Part shown: positions 34,859 through 45,578 of the stretch, in pieces
Numbering within the stretch: the stretch's first letter is position 1
Layout of the letters: every line of letters begins with the position of its first letter
NCBI GenBank assembly: GCA_964482455.1
Contig: CAYZXM010000002.1
Span: 4,544 to 68,543, forward strand
Reading direction: 5' to 3'
Length of the DNA: 64,000 bases
Source of the DNA: an uncultured Treponema sp.
GTDB taxonomy: Bacteria; Spirochaetota; Spirochaetia; Treponematales; Treponemataceae
Translations under genes and position numbers: made by a program
The notes under the pieces: model-generated
Seen by the model: only the letters and a program-made list of their open reading frames with translations
What the model was told of the DNA's origin: nothing
The model's database searches: none

Positions 34859-35641
34859 CTATTTAAATTGTTGTAAGAACCATTTATAAATTGCATCCAT
34901 TCGGACTGTCATAGAATCTTCAATTTGACCTCTTACGCCAATTATATTTTTAGAACAAACATCTGTTGCAAGATATAAAAGCAAATCATCTCCTAAATCA
35001 ACAGCAACAATATTTATTCTTAATCTCTCTGGCATAACTGCTTTTACTCCTAACTTACTCATAGGAATAACATTTAAAAAAGTTGAAAAAATAACATTAT
35101 CTTTTTGATAATAATTTAACTTATATTTTGTGTCGCCAAAAGTGTTATCATGCTGATAACCGTACGCTACAACACCATCTGTAGGTCCATTAACTGGATC
35201 TGGAACTTTTTCCATAGATTCTGCAGAAGCAACGGCAAATGCTTTTTTATAAAGAACATCTTCTTTTCCACCATTGTGAATATATTTCATTCCTTCCATT
35301 TTACTTATAGAACGAAAAACTATTCCAATCGTTTCAATATTAACTTTAGAAATATCTTCACTAAGTTCAGATTTAGGAATTAAATACAAAAATTCAGCAA
35401 GAAAAGGAACTCCCTTTTCATTATTACAAATTAAATTATTCTTTATTTGCTCTGAATAAAAACAATTTGGAACCAATGTTATTTTATTATCATTTTTTTC
35501 GTGAACTAAAGAATATGTTTTATTTGCTTTTAAATATTCTGCATTTTCTTTAGATATATAATCTTCAATTTTATAATTTTGAGCAAAAATCAGTAACGAT
35601 GAACAAAAAAAACAAATTACATAAAAAATATTTTTTTTCAT
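34859..35641 (-). CDS. Hypothetical secreted protein
   Basis: Signal peptide MKKNIFYVICFFCSSLLIFAQ; no recognisable domain. Confidence 0.55.
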   Translation of the reverse strand: MKKNIFYVICFFCSSLLIFAQNYKIEDYISKENAEYLKANKTYSLVHEKNDNKITLVPNCFYSEQIKNNLICNNEKGVPFLAEFLYLIPKSELSEDISKVNIETIGIVFRSISKMEGMKYIHNGGKEDVLYKKAFAVASAESMEKVPDPVNGPTDGVVAYGYQHDNTFGDTKYKLNYYQKDNVIFSTFLNVIPMSKLGVKAVMPERLRINIVAVDLGDDLLLYLATDVCSKNIIGVRGQIEDSMTVRMDAIYKWFLQQFK

Positions 35642-35712
35642 TTATCATGTCTCCTTAATGTTAAAAAATAAAAGCACCATTTACAAAAAAGTTACAAATG
35701 GTGCAAAAATTA

Positions 35713-36423
35713 TTATCTTCCAAATCCTTTATAAATTATTCGAACTTGTTTATAAAGTCCTTCACCTTCAGATTTTGTTTCAATATCAGGAATATCATTT
35801 AAAGTCGTATGAATAAGTCTTCTTTCAAAAGGATTCATTGGTTCAAGCAAAACAGATCTGTGTGTCATATGAACTTTATCAGCAGTTGTATATGCTAAAC
35901 GAACTAAAGATTCTTCACGACGAATTCTATAATTTTCTGTATCAAGTATTACACGAACTTCATCATGTCCAAGACGACTTGCATATATATTTGATAAAAG
36001 CTGCAAAGCATCAAGATTTTTTCCTTTGCGACCTATCAAAATAGAAGAATTTTCAGAATCAAGTTTAATTCCTAATTTTTTTTCTTCACGGAATATAACT
36101 GTAACTTTTACTTCATATCCCATTTTTTCTACAACATTTTTTACAAATTCAACCATCTTTTCTTCAAATTCACCTTGTGGAATAGAATTAACTGCTGATT
36201 TTTTTACAGCAGCGGCAGCAAATGATGAACCATTTTCACTTAATGTAGATGGTTGTACTTCATCGATTGTATGTACACAAATTTTTACATAACCATTTTT
36301 AAAAAGTGTTTTTTTCTGAGATTCTAAAATCTCAACATCAAACTGATCTCGTTGCAAACCAAGTTCATTTGCAGCAATTTCGATTGCTTCTTTTTCTGTT
36401 TTACCTTCAAATTCGTAAGTCAT
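35713..36423 (-). CDS. jag: Jag/KhpB RNA-binding protein (Jag_N + KH + R3H)
   Basis: N-terminus EGKTEKEAIEIAANELG, a KH region, and R3H (PFERRLIHTTL). It sits downstream of yidC, as is typical. Confidence 0.85.
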   Translation of the reverse strand: MTYEFEGKTEKEAIEIAANELGLQRDQFDVEILESQKKTLFKNGYVKICVHTIDEVQPSTLSENGSSFAAAAVKKSAVNSIPQGEFEEKMVEFVKNVVEKMGYEVKVTVIFREEKKLGIKLDSENSSILIGRKGKNLDALQLLSNIYASRLGHDEVRVILDTENYRIRREESLVRLAYTTADKVHMTHRSVLLEPMNPFERRLIHTTLNDIPDIETKSEGEGLYKQVRIIYKGFGR

Positions 36424-36433
36424 TTATTTCCTC

Positions 36434-38173
36434 TTATTTATTTTTATTTGCAATTTCAATTTTTTTAGATTTCATTGCTTTATTTATTACTATCTGTTGA
36501 ATCATCTGAAAAATATTACTTACTGTCCAATAAAGTAAAAGTCCAGAAGGAGCATTATAAAAAAGAACGAAGAATAAAATAGGCATACCATACATCATCA
36601 TCTTCATTTGTGCCTGAGAAGAACCAGTTGCTCCAACAGTTCCACCCATATTAGTAATTTTTCCAAATAATAATTGAGAAGTAAGATATATTAAAGGCAA
36701 TATTCTTAAATGATTTCCAAAAAATGGAATATTGAACTTAAACATATAAATGCTATCGCCAGCAGAAAGATCTTCTATCCAATGTGGAACAAAACTTGAA
36801 CCTCTAAATTCAAAATAATTATTAAACAAATTATACATTGACCACAAAATAAGGAATTGAAACAACATTGGTAAGCATCCACTCATAGGATTATAACCAA
36901 CATCTTTGTAAACCTTAGCCATTTCTTCCTGCATTCGCTGTGGATTGTCTTTATATTTATTTTGAATAGCTATAACTCGTGGTTGAATTTCTTGCATTTT
37001 CAACGTTGACATTGATTGCTTTTTAGTAAATGGAAACATTGCAAGCTTAATTAAAATTGTCATAATTATTATGGAAATACCCCAGTTATGTACAACTTTA
37101 TTAATAACTTCCATAATCCATTTTAATATTGTTTCTAGCCATCCAAGCCAGCCATTTGAGTTTAAACTTTCTGTAAGACGTAAACCTTTTAAAGACCATA
37201 TATTCTTTTCTGCAGAATTATAAATTTTTAAATCTTTTTCGTTTCTAGGACCAATATAAATGTAATATGTATCATTTAAATCTGTTATTTTTGTTGGCTT
37301 TCTAACAAGAATTGCTTGAGAATTTGCATAATTATTTACTTCAGTAATATTTGAATAATATGTGTAATCCATAAAATTTGAATTTTCAGGAATAATGATT
37401 TCTTCAAAATATTTTCCCCCAATTCCATTCCACACATAATTTTTATTATACATTTTTATTTCAGATTTGCTGCCAAGAATCTGTTTTTTAGCTTTGTTTC
37501 CATCAAAAGAAATAAACTGCCTATTTTCATATCTATTCATTTTAGGATTAAAAAACGGTCCTATCTGAGGTGATGTTCTTAAAGTATATGAAATTTCTGT
37601 TTCATCATCAGAATGAAATAAAATTTCTAACTTAAACATATTATCATCTTCAAAAGTATATCTTTTTCCTAAAGTTACATTATGAATTTTTCCATCTTCA
37701 GTTTTTAAATTAATCTTTTTTGTAAAAAGATATGTTTTTTCATCTGGTTGTGAAAAATTGAAAACATCATTAATTATTCTTTCATTATAATTTTTTCCTA
37801 ATGCAACCGCACAAGCTCTGTTAAAATCAGAAACATTATCAACCATTTGAACGCCATCTTTTGTATCAACGTCAATATGGTCTAATAATTTATAACTTAT
37901 AATGTCTCCACCTTTATTTGTAAGAATTATTTCTGCTTTTGAAGTTTTTACTTTTATTTCCTTTATATCAATTTTTTCTTCTTTAGCAGAATAACTATTA
38001 ACTTCTAAAAAAGATTCTTTTTTTGTTTCTTCTGTGTTTTTTAAATCAGTGTTTGTAGATTTTTCATCTACTGGAAGTGCGGGTGTTCTAACTATAAACT
38101 TTGATTGAAAAATTATAGATCCAATAACTACAATAGTAGAAAGAACAATTGCAATAACTGTATTTTTATTCAT
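36434..38173 (-). CDS. yidC: Membrane protein insertase YidC (long form with periplasmic P1 domain)
   Basis: 579 aa with an N-terminal TM, a large P1 region and a conserved C-terminal 5-TM core (GCLPMLFQFLILWSMY). It lies in the rpmH-rnpA-yidD-yidC context. Confidence 0.9.
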   Translation of the reverse strand: MNKNTVIAIVLSTIVVIGSIIFQSKFIVRTPALPVDEKSTNTDLKNTEETKKESFLEVNSYSAKEEKIDIKEIKVKTSKAEIILTNKGGDIISYKLLDHIDVDTKDGVQMVDNVSDFNRACAVALGKNYNERIINDVFNFSQPDEKTYLFTKKINLKTEDGKIHNVTLGKRYTFEDDNMFKLEILFHSDDETEISYTLRTSPQIGPFFNPKMNRYENRQFISFDGNKAKKQILGSKSEIKMYNKNYVWNGIGGKYFEEIIIPENSNFMDYTYYSNITEVNNYANSQAILVRKPTKITDLNDTYYIYIGPRNEKDLKIYNSAEKNIWSLKGLRLTESLNSNGWLGWLETILKWIMEVINKVVHNWGISIIIMTILIKLAMFPFTKKQSMSTLKMQEIQPRVIAIQNKYKDNPQRMQEEMAKVYKDVGYNPMSGCLPMLFQFLILWSMYNLFNNYFEFRGSSFVPHWIEDLSAGDSIYMFKFNIPFFGNHLRILPLIYLTSQLLFGKITNMGGTVGATGSSQAQMKMMMYGMPILFFVLFYNAPSGLLLYWTVSNIFQMIQQIVINKAMKSKKIEIANKNK

Positions 38174-38190
38174 TTAATTCTCCCTGTTTT

Positions 38191-38412
38191 TCACGGAATG
38201 GGATCATAACCACCTTTAAAAAAAGGATTACAACGTAATATTCGCTTAATTGCTAAAAAGATTCCTTTACCAGGACCATATTTTTGAATTGCTTCCAGAG
38301 CATATTGAGAACACGTCGGTGTGAATCTGCAACAACGAGGGTGCAAAGGTGAAATATATTTTTGATAAAAACGGATAAATAAACAGAAAAATTTTATAAA
38401 AAAAATCTTCAC
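38191..38412 (-). CDS. yidD: Membrane protein insertion efficiency factor YidD
   Basis: [15 protein letters not shown] motif. Its GTG start overlaps the rnpA stop (GTGA). Confidence 0.85.
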   Translation of the reverse strand: MKIFFIKFFCLFIRFYQKYISPLHPRCCRFTPTCSQYALEAIQKYGPGKGIFLAIKRILRCNPFFKGGYDPIP

Positions 38413-38771
38413 TCTTTAAGTAATCCTGCCTTTTTAAACAATGTACAAAATTGAACACATCGCGAATGGAACGAATTATTTTCAGGATATACTAGTAACA
38501 AAATATCATATCCTGTGTTCAAATGTGTTTTTAATAAACGATAAACCTCGCGACTATAACGCTTAGATAAATTTCTTTTTACCGCGTTACCATAACCACG
38601 AGGTAATGGAAAACCAACTCTATTTATTTCTGTTCCATTTTCTTTAAAAAAAATTTTGGCACCAGAAATACTTTCTTTTTTTCCTTTTTTAAACAGTGTT
38701 TTAAAATCATCAGGATTTTTTATTCGTTCTTTTCGTTTAAAAAATCCTGTTTTTACTAACTCTGTTTCCAT
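38409..38771 (-). CDS. rnpA: Ribonuclease P protein component
   Basis: Basic 120-aa protein with an RNR-type block [13 protein letters not shown], located directly downstream of rpmH. Confidence 0.85.
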   Translation of the reverse strand: METELVKTGFFKRKERIKNPDDFKTLFKKGKKESISGAKIFFKENGTEINRVGFPLPRGYGNAVKRNLSKRYSREVYRLLKTHLNTGYDILLLVYPENNSFHSRCVQFCTLFKKAGLLKE

Positions 38772-38783
38772 TTTTAATTAAAA

Positions 38784-38939
38784 TCAATAAGGCTTTTTTT
38801 CATCAGAAATAGAAAGCTTTGCTCTTCCTTTAGCTCTTCTGCGTGCAAGAACTTTTCTTCCACCTTTTGTAGCCATTCTTGCTCTAAATCCAAATTTTCT
38901 ATTGCGTTTTACTTTACTTGGTTGATATGTACGTAACAT
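38784..38939 (-). CDS. rpmH: 50S ribosomal protein L34
   Basis: My own translation (below the ORF-track size cut-off): [51 protein letters not shown]. Confidence 0.85.
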   Translation of the reverse strand: MLRTYQPSKVKRNRKFGFRARMATKGGRKVLARRRAKGRAKLSISDEKKPY

Positions 38940-39021
38940 AAGTACAATGCTCCTTTTTATAAATAAAATCCGTATATTTTATGCGAATTATAAAATATCT
39001 AAAATATAGTAAACTAATATA

Positions 39022-39558
39022 TCAATTATTGTTGTTTTTGGTCAACATACTTTTTTTTATAGTTTCAAATATTAACTCCAAATTTTCAGGAAGTTTCTTT
39101 TTATTTTCTGAATATTCTTTTTCATATTTTATATTTTCTTTTTTAATTTCTTCATTGATTTTCTTTCTTTCTTTCTTAAATTCTTCTTCATAATTAGAAG
39201 AATTTATCATTGCATTATTTCCAGCAGTTCTAAAAACAATAGAATTTATCTTCATCTCTGGAACATAAATTTTTAGACCTTTTAAAATAAAATTCGTATA
39301 AAATTGCATCATTTGAGACCAAGCAGGATGATCTGTTTCTACAAATAATGTTTCGTTTTTTATATCAATTACTGAACTATGTTCATATAATTTTTGACCA
39401 AATTCTTTATCACTTTCTTTACTTATTTTTGTAACCACTTTTTTCCATGAAGAATAAAATTTATTGTTTTTTTCTAAAGTTGATTTTTCTATATTATAAA
39501 ATGTTTTTTCTATCATTTCTGAACAATTTATAACTTTATTATTCATTCCATTCTCCAT
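39022..39558 (-). CDS. DUF721-like protein (DciA-type position after recF) with Lys/Glu-rich C-terminal tail
   Basis: It occupies the position downstream of recF that DUF721/DciA genes take in many bacteria, and has the block DHPAWSQMMQFYTNFILKGL. It overlaps the recF 3' end by 20 nt. Confidence 0.5.
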   Translation of the reverse strand: MENGMNNKVINCSEMIEKTFYNIEKSTLEKNNKFYSSWKKVVTKISKESDKEFGQKLYEHSSVIDIKNETLFVETDHPAWSQMMQFYTNFILKGLKIYVPEMKINSIVFRTAGNNAMINSSNYEEEFKKERKKINEEIKKENIKYEKEYSENKKKLPENLELIFETIKKSMLTKNNNN

Positions 39559-40639
39559 TTTTTATTTTATATATTTTTGTATTTTCAGTCATATATTTTT
39601 CATAAGGTTCTCCAGGTAAAAATGTACAAAAAAGTTGATCATATTCAGGAAGTAGAGTAGTTACTTTTTTTCTTTTTTCTGGATCAAGTTCAAGCATTAC
39701 ATCATCCATAAGTAATACAGGTTTAATTCCTGTAATTCTTGTATAATAAATCGCTTGTGCAATTCTTAAGATGAGAGAAATTAATCTGCATTGTCCTGTT
39801 GATGCTGAAGAAACAAATTGTTTTCCATCTTTTGTAAAAATAATTTTATCTCTATGTGGTCCAGATAATGTTGTTTGCATTATTTTATCTTGTTCTCTTT
39901 TATTTTTAAGAAGTTCTACAATATCATCTTCATTAGGAAATCTTGTTCCTATATCTTGTTTTATTTCTTTCCAACTTGGAATATATAAAATTCTTACATT
40001 TTCTATTCCTGAAATTTCTGCATATAACTTTTCAAATATTTCATTAAATTGAAATATTAATTTTTTTCTTTTTAATTGAACTTTCAATCCTTTTTGTGCA
40101 AGTTGCAAATCATAAATATCTAGCATTTCGTATTTACATTCTTTTAAAAGTAAATTTCTTGATTTTAAAATTTTTTTATAATTTCTAAGATCATCTACAT
40201 AAAGCTCATCGTACATTGAAAGCGATTGATCCAAAAAAAATCTTCTAAATTCTGGTTCCCCATTAGCAAACTTTAAATCATCATGACAAAATACAACACA
40301 TGGTATTGTATTTATAAGTTCTTTTCTGTCTTTTATTTTTTTTGAATTTTTTTCAATTATTTTTTTAGACTTATCATAAATTATTTTAATATTTTGGGTA
40401 TAACCATCTTTATTTTTATAAAGAGAATTTATTAAAAAATTCTGTTCACCTTCTTTAATTATTTGAGAATCCGAATGAGTTCTAAAAGAAGAACCATATG
40501 CAGAATAATAAAGAGATTCTAAAAGATTACTTTTACCTTGACCATTTTCACCGATAAAATAAACCTCTTTGTATAAAAGATTTATTTTATCGTTTTTTAA
40601 ATTACGAAAATTAAACAAATTAAGAGAAAGAAAAGGCAT
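39539..40639 (-). CDS. recF: DNA replication and repair protein RecF
   Basis: Walker A GENGQGKSNLLE, SMC-like signature and Walker B LLMDDVMLELD, in the dnaN-recF context. Confidence 0.9.
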   Translation of the reverse strand: MPFLSLNLFNFRNLKNDKINLLYKEVYFIGENGQGKSNLLESLYYSAYGSSFRTHSDSQIIKEGEQNFLINSLYKNKDGYTQNIKIIYDKSKKIIEKNSKKIKDRKELINTIPCVVFCHDDLKFANGEPEFRRFFLDQSLSMYDELYVDDLRNYKKILKSRNLLLKECKYEMLDIYDLQLAQKGLKVQLKRKKLIFQFNEIFEKLYAEISGIENVRILYIPSWKEIKQDIGTRFPNEDDIVELLKNKREQDKIMQTTLSGPHRDKIIFTKDGKQFVSSASTGQCRLISLILRIAQAIYYTRITGIKPVLLMDDVMLELDPEKRKKVTTLLPEYDQLFCTFLPGEPYEKYMTENTKIYKIKNGEWNE

Positions 40640-40642
40640 CTT

Positions 40643-41746
40643 TTAATTATTTAAATTCATTGGCATTATTACATGAAAATAATCCGAAGCTGGTTCTGGT
40701 CTTAAAGTAATAGCTTTTAATGCATCTATAAATTCAAAAACAATATTTTCTGTATTTATACATTTTAAAGGTTCTGAAATATATTTTCCGTTTAAAGCTA
40801 TTGTAATTTCATTTCCACTATATTCACACGGAATTTCTTCAACTGCATTTCCAATTTCTGATTCAGGGGAAGTTAAAGTTAAAACACCAGAACTTATATT
40901 AAAAAGAATTCTATTAACTTTTTTATCAATCATAATTTCAATTCTTTTTAAAGCAGAATCTAAATCATTTTTATTTACTTTAAAATAAGAAGTTTGATTT
41001 GCAGGAATAACTTTTTCATAATTAGGGAATTGACCATCTAAAAGTTTAGAAGAAAATTCATAATTTCCAAAACAAACAAAAATAAGTTTTTCTACAATTG
41101 CGATTTTTATATTTCCTTCTTCTGGAGCATTTTTCAAAATTGATCTTAAAATTTTTGTAGGAACAATAGATGATTCAAAATTAATTTCTGATGGAATTTC
41201 TTTTTCTGCATAAGAAAGACGTCTTGCATCTGTTGAAACCATTATAAATTTATCATCCTTTTTAGTAAAATATACTCCAGACATAAAATATCTATTTTGA
41301 TCATCAGAAACAGAAAATATTGTATGTTGAATCATTTCTTTAAAATCTTTTGATGAAACTTCAAAGAAAGGAACTTTTTCTGCTTCTGGAATTTCTGCAA
41401 ATTTTTCACTTGCAATACTTTTAAGTTGAAATTTAATTTTTTTTGAAATAGGTTTAATTGTAACTTTTATATCTTCTTGTTCAAATTCAATTTCTCCAGA
41501 AGGAAGAGATGCTAAAATATTGCTAAATTTTTCACAAAATATTGTTGTACTTCCTTCTTCAATAACATCAACTGGAATATTTGTTATAAAATTTACAGAA
41601 GTGTCTGATGCTTTTATTGTAAGAGTATTATCTTTTGCAATTAATAATATATTTGAAAGAATTGATATAGGACTCTTATTTGTAATAATTTCTTGTGCAA
41701 TTGAAATTTCTTTAATCATTGCATCTTTATCAAAAGTAAATTTCAT
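40643..41746 (-). CDS. dnaN: DNA polymerase III beta subunit (sliding clamp)
   Basis: 367 aa with a three-domain clamp-like sequence (MKFTFDKDAMIKEISIAQEII...), located immediately downstream of dnaA. Confidence 0.9.
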   Translation of the reverse strand: MKFTFDKDAMIKEISIAQEIITNKSPISILSNILLIAKDNTLTIKASDTSVNFITNIPVDVIEEGSTTIFCEKFSNILASLPSGEIEFEQEDIKVTIKPISKKIKFQLKSIASEKFAEIPEAEKVPFFEVSSKDFKEMIQHTIFSVSDDQNRYFMSGVYFTKKDDKFIMVSTDARRLSYAEKEIPSEINFESSIVPTKILRSILKNAPEEGNIKIAIVEKLIFVCFGNYEFSSKLLDGQFPNYEKVIPANQTSYFKVNKNDLDSALKRIEIMIDKKVNRILFNISSGVLTLTSPESEIGNAVEEIPCEYSGNEITIALNGKYISEPLKCINTENIVFEFIDALKAITLRPEPASDYFHVIMPMNLNN

Positions 41747-41995
41747 TAAATACTCCTTTTTAAGTTTTTAGTAGTTTTTTACAGAACTTTAAAATTTATT
41801 AAATTTTAAAATTTAATAATCATAATAATAAGTATGAGTTTAAAGTGGAAAAGTAGTATAATTTATTATAATTTAATAAATTAAATTGTTAATAACTGAC
41901 AGTTATTTATTCACTTTAAACCAACATAATCACAATTTTACTGTATTTTTTTAAAAATAAACAAGTTATCCACTTTATTTTTACAGATTATAAAC
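41747..41995. other. AT-rich dnaA-dnaN intergenic region with degenerate DnaA boxes (oriC candidate 1)
   Basis: TTATCCACT at 41966-41974, TTATTCACT at 41907-41915, and AGTGGAAAA (rc TTTTCCACT) at 41844-41852. The stretch 41780-41900 is almost pure A/T. Confidence 0.4.
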
Positions 41996-43405
41996 CTAAT
42001 TTTTATACTTTTTTATGTCCTCCATTAATTTTTTAATTTTTTGATTTAATGTTGAATCGGAATCTATTTTTTCTTTAATTTTATTGTATCCATTCATTAT
42101 AGAAGTATGATCTCTTCCACCAAATTCATTTCCTATTTCTGTATAAGCATATTCTGTCATTTCACGAGTAATGTATACTGCAATAAATCTAGGGATTATA
42201 AATTTTTTATCTCTTTTTTTACCTTTTAGTTCTTCTACTTTTATGTTATAAGCATTTGCAACGACTTTTTGAATATTTTCTATTGAAACGTTACCTGTTC
42301 CAGGCGAAGCGTATAAATTTGAAAGTTGTTGTTTTGCAATTTCAACAGTTATATTTGGACTTACAAATTCTGTATACATCAAAATTTTGTTAAGTGCTGC
42401 TTCCAAATCTCTTATGTTGGTTTCTACTGTTTTTGCAATAAAATTAATTATTTCTTCTGGAAGTGCTTTGTTTTTATTTTTTAATTTTTTGTAAATAATT
42501 GCTTTTCTAGTATCAAAATTAGGTATATGCAAATCAAGACATGAACCACTTACTAAACGACTAACAAGTCTTTCTGCCATATTTTCTATTTCATTAAGAG
42601 GACGGTCGCATGTAAATACCATTTGAGCTTTTTTTTCATGTAAAGCTTCAAAAACATAAAAAAGTTCATTTTGAATTCCGTCTTTTCCATTTAAAAAATG
42701 AATATCATCTAAAAGAAATACATCAAGATTTCTGTATTTCTTTTTAAATTTTTCCATATTGTTATTTAAAAGAGAAGAAGTAAATTCATTCAAAAAACTT
42801 TCTGTCTGAATAAAACATATTTTTATAGGTTTTTTACTGTTTTTTAAGATTTCATTTCCTATTGCTTGCATTAAGTGAGTTTTTCCAAGTCCAACTCCAC
42901 CATAAATAAGAATAGGATTTACTTTTTCTCCTGGTGCAAGAGAAGCTGCATAACAAACGTTATATGCAAATTTACTTCCTATTTCTTCTCCTGTAACAAA
43001 ATTTTCAAAAGTAAAATTTGGATTTAAGGTTGAAGTGTTATTTTTTTGTTTTGATGAATCTTTTTGAATATCTGTGTTAGAAGTTTCATTTTTTTGTTCT
43101 TCATATATTGGTTTTGAATCTATAGTTTGTATTGTAATAGAATCAAACTCTGGAATAAGTTTTATAGAAGATTGACCTGTTATTTCGCAAATTTTATTTT
43201 CAATTTTTTTAATATTTCCTTTAGTAATCATTCTTTGCCATAAGAATTCAGATGGAACGGAAACTTTAATTGTGTCTAATGTATCTTCTTTATATTCAAT
43301 TTTATACCAAAGTAAAAATTCGTTTTCTTGATTATTTTGTTTATATTCTTCATGTATTTGGTCTAATGCAAATGACCAAATTTCTTTATAATTTTGTTCA
43401 CTCAT
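41996..43405 (-). CDS. dnaA: Chromosomal replication initiator protein DnaA
   Basis: AAA+ Walker A GGVGLGKTHL, Walker B FLLDDIHFL, and the C-terminal DNA-binding signature EIGNEFGGRDHTSIMNGYNKI. Confidence 0.95.
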   Translation of the reverse strand: MSEQNYKEIWSFALDQIHEEYKQNNQENEFLLWYKIEYKEDTLDTIKVSVPSEFLWQRMITKGNIKKIENKICEITGQSSIKLIPEFDSITIQTIDSKPIYEEQKNETSNTDIQKDSSKQKNNTSTLNPNFTFENFVTGEEIGSKFAYNVCYAASLAPGEKVNPILIYGGVGLGKTHLMQAIGNEILKNSKKPIKICFIQTESFLNEFTSSLLNNNMEKFKKKYRNLDVFLLDDIHFLNGKDGIQNELFYVFEALHEKKAQMVFTCDRPLNEIENMAERLVSRLVSGSCLDLHIPNFDTRKAIIYKKLKNKNKALPEEIINFIAKTVETNIRDLEAALNKILMYTEFVSPNITVEIAKQQLSNLYASPGTGNVSIENIQKVVANAYNIKVEELKGKKRDKKFIIPRFIAVYITREMTEYAYTEIGNEFGGRDHTSIMNGYNKIKEKIDSDSTLNQKIKKLMEDIKKYKN

Positions 43406-43520
43406 AAAAGTAATTATATTATATATTTACTTTTTTAATCAATTTAAGTATATTTTGAACAAGTTATTTCCATAATATAATACAATTTTTAAAAAATCAT
43501 ATAAAATTTAAGGAACAGTG

Positions 43521-45485
43521 ATGTCTGCAGAATATGGTGCTAGTAATATTCAAGTTTTAAAAGGACTTGAAGCTGTTAGAAAAAGACCTGGAATGTATAT
43601 AGGTTCTACAGGTCCAAAAGGTCTTCATCATCTTGTTTATGAAACAGTAGATAACTCTATTGATGAAGCTATGGCTGGTTTTTGTGACAGAATTGTTGTC
43701 GCACTTGAAAAAGATGATGTAGTTCGAGTAGAGGATAACGGACGAGGAATTCCAGTAGATATTCATCCTACAGAGCATATAAGTGCACTTGAACTTGTAT
43801 TAACGCGTCTTCATGCAGGTGGAAAATTTGATAAAGGTTCTTATAAAGTTTCAGGAGGACTTCACGGTGTAGGTGTTTCCTGTGTAAATGCTCTTTCTGT
43901 ATGGATGGAAGCAACTGTAAAACGTGATGGTCATATTTATCAGCAAAAATATGAAAAAGGAATTCCTAAGACAAAGGTTGAAGTTATAGGTGATATAGAT
44001 GATTCAGTTCACGGAACAACAATTCGATGGAAAGCTGATTCCTCAATTTTTACTGTGACTACAACTTACGATTGGGATATTCTTATTCAGCGTCTTAAAG
44101 AGCTTGCTTTTTTAAATAGTGGAATAACAATTGTTTTCCGTGATGAACGCCTTGAAAATCCAAAAGAAGAAATTCTTAAATATGAAGGTGGAATTGTTCA
44201 TTATGTAAGTGAAATCAATTCAAAGTCAAAATTTAAATATCCAGAAGAACCAATTTATATTACTGGTGAAAAAGATGATGTAATTACAGAACTTGCTTTT
44301 CAATATAATGATAGTTATTCTGAAAACATCCACACCTATGTAAATGATATTAGAACAACAGATGGTGGAACTCATCTTGATGGTTTTAGATCCTCTCTTC
44401 TTTTTGTTATATCTAAATTTCTTGATTCAAATGAAAAAATCAAAAAAAAGATGCCTAAAAAAGAAGGCAAATTAGATCCAAAAGACGACCCTTACGAAAA
44501 AATAAATGGTGATGACGTAAAAGCTGGACTTGTTGCAGTTCTTTCAATGAAAGTTCCTGAACCAGAATTTGTGGGTCAGACAAAAGATAAGCTTGGAAAC
44601 CCTGAAGTTAGAGGAATAGTTGATTCTCTTGTAAAAGAAAAACTTACAATTTTCTTTGAGCAGAATCCTCATGTTATCGAAAAAGTTCTTGAAAAAGCCG
44701 TTGGAGAAGCAGCAGCCAGAATTGCAGCTAGAAAGGCAAAAGACGCAAGTCGTAAAAAATCTGGTTTGAGTGGTTTTAAGAAACCTGAAAAACTTGCTGA
44801 TTGTTCAATAAAAGATAATCCTGAAATTTGTGAGGTTTACATTGTCGAAGGAGATTCTGCCGGCGGTTCTGCAAAAGCTGGACGTAACGCTGAAATACAG
44901 GCTATTTTGCCTCTTTGGGGAAAAATGTTAAATGTAGAAAAAGTTACTGCAGATAAAGTTATGAGTAATGAAAAACTTGAACCTGTAATTAATACACTAG
45001 GAACAGGTTTTGGAAAAGACTTCAATATAGAAAAACTTCGTTATCATAAAATTATAATTATGGCGGATGCCGATGTTGATGGTTCACACATCAGAACATT
45101 GCTTTTAACGTTCTTCTTTAGATATATGCCACAATTAATTGAAAAAGGATATGTTTACCTTGCAATGCCGCCACTTTTTAAAGTTCAACTTGGCAAAAAA
45201 GAACCTGTTTATTGCTATTCAGAGCAGGAAAGAGATAATGCTCTTATGGAACTTGGTGAAAACCGTAGCAAAGCGGATGTTCAGCGTTATAAAGGTCTTG
45301 GTGAAATGGACGGAAAGCAACTTTGGGCAACAACGATGGATCCTGCTCACAGACATATGCGTGTTGTAACAATTCCAGATGCAGAAGCTGCTGACAAAAT
45401 TTTTACAGTTTGTATGGGTGAAGAAGTTGAACCTCGTCGCCAATTTATAGAAACAAATTCAAGTTACGCTAATTTGGATATTTAA
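43521..45485 (+). CDS. gyrB: DNA gyrase subunit B
   Basis: GHKL ATPase N-terminus (YGASNIQVLKGLEAVRKRPGMYIG), Toprim EGDSAGGSAK, and PLWGKMLNVEK. ATG 43521 follows AGGA; the track begins at GTG 43518. Confidence 0.95.
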   Translation: MSAEYGASNIQVLKGLEAVRKRPGMYIGSTGPKGLHHLVYETVDNSIDEAMAGFCDRIVVALEKDDVVRVEDNGRGIPVDIHPTEHISALELVLTRLHAGGKFDKGSYKVSGGLHGVGVSCVNALSVWMEATVKRDGHIYQQKYEKGIPKTKVEVIGDIDDSVHGTTIRWKADSSIFTVTTTYDWDILIQRLKELAFLNSGITIVFRDERLENPKEEILKYEGGIVHYVSEINSKSKFKYPEEPIYITGEKDDVITELAFQYNDSYSENIHTYVNDIRTTDGGTHLDGFRSSLLFVISKFLDSNEKIKKKMPKKEGKLDPKDDPYEKINGDDVKAGLVAVLSMKVPEPEFVGQTKDKLGNPEVRGIVDSLVKEKLTIFFEQNPHVIEKVLEKAVGEAAARIAARKAKDASRKKSGLSGFKKPEKLADCSIKDNPEICEVYIVEGDSAGGSAKAGRNAEIQAILPLWGKMLNVEKVTADKVMSNEKLEPVINTLGTGFGKDFNIEKLRYHKIIIMADADVDGSHIRTLLLTFFFRYMPQLIEKGYVYLAMPPLFKVQLGKKEPVYCYSEQERDNALMELGENRSKADVQRYKGLGEMDGKQLWATTMDPAHRHMRVVTIPDAEAADKIFTVCMGEEVEPRRQFIETNSSYANLDI

Positions 45486-45578
45486 GATATTTTGGTGGTT
45501 GAGCTTGTCTAAAACCACTTCTTAAAAACTAAAAAGATCATTTCGGCAAGTTCAATGATCAGCAAACGGAAATTATAA

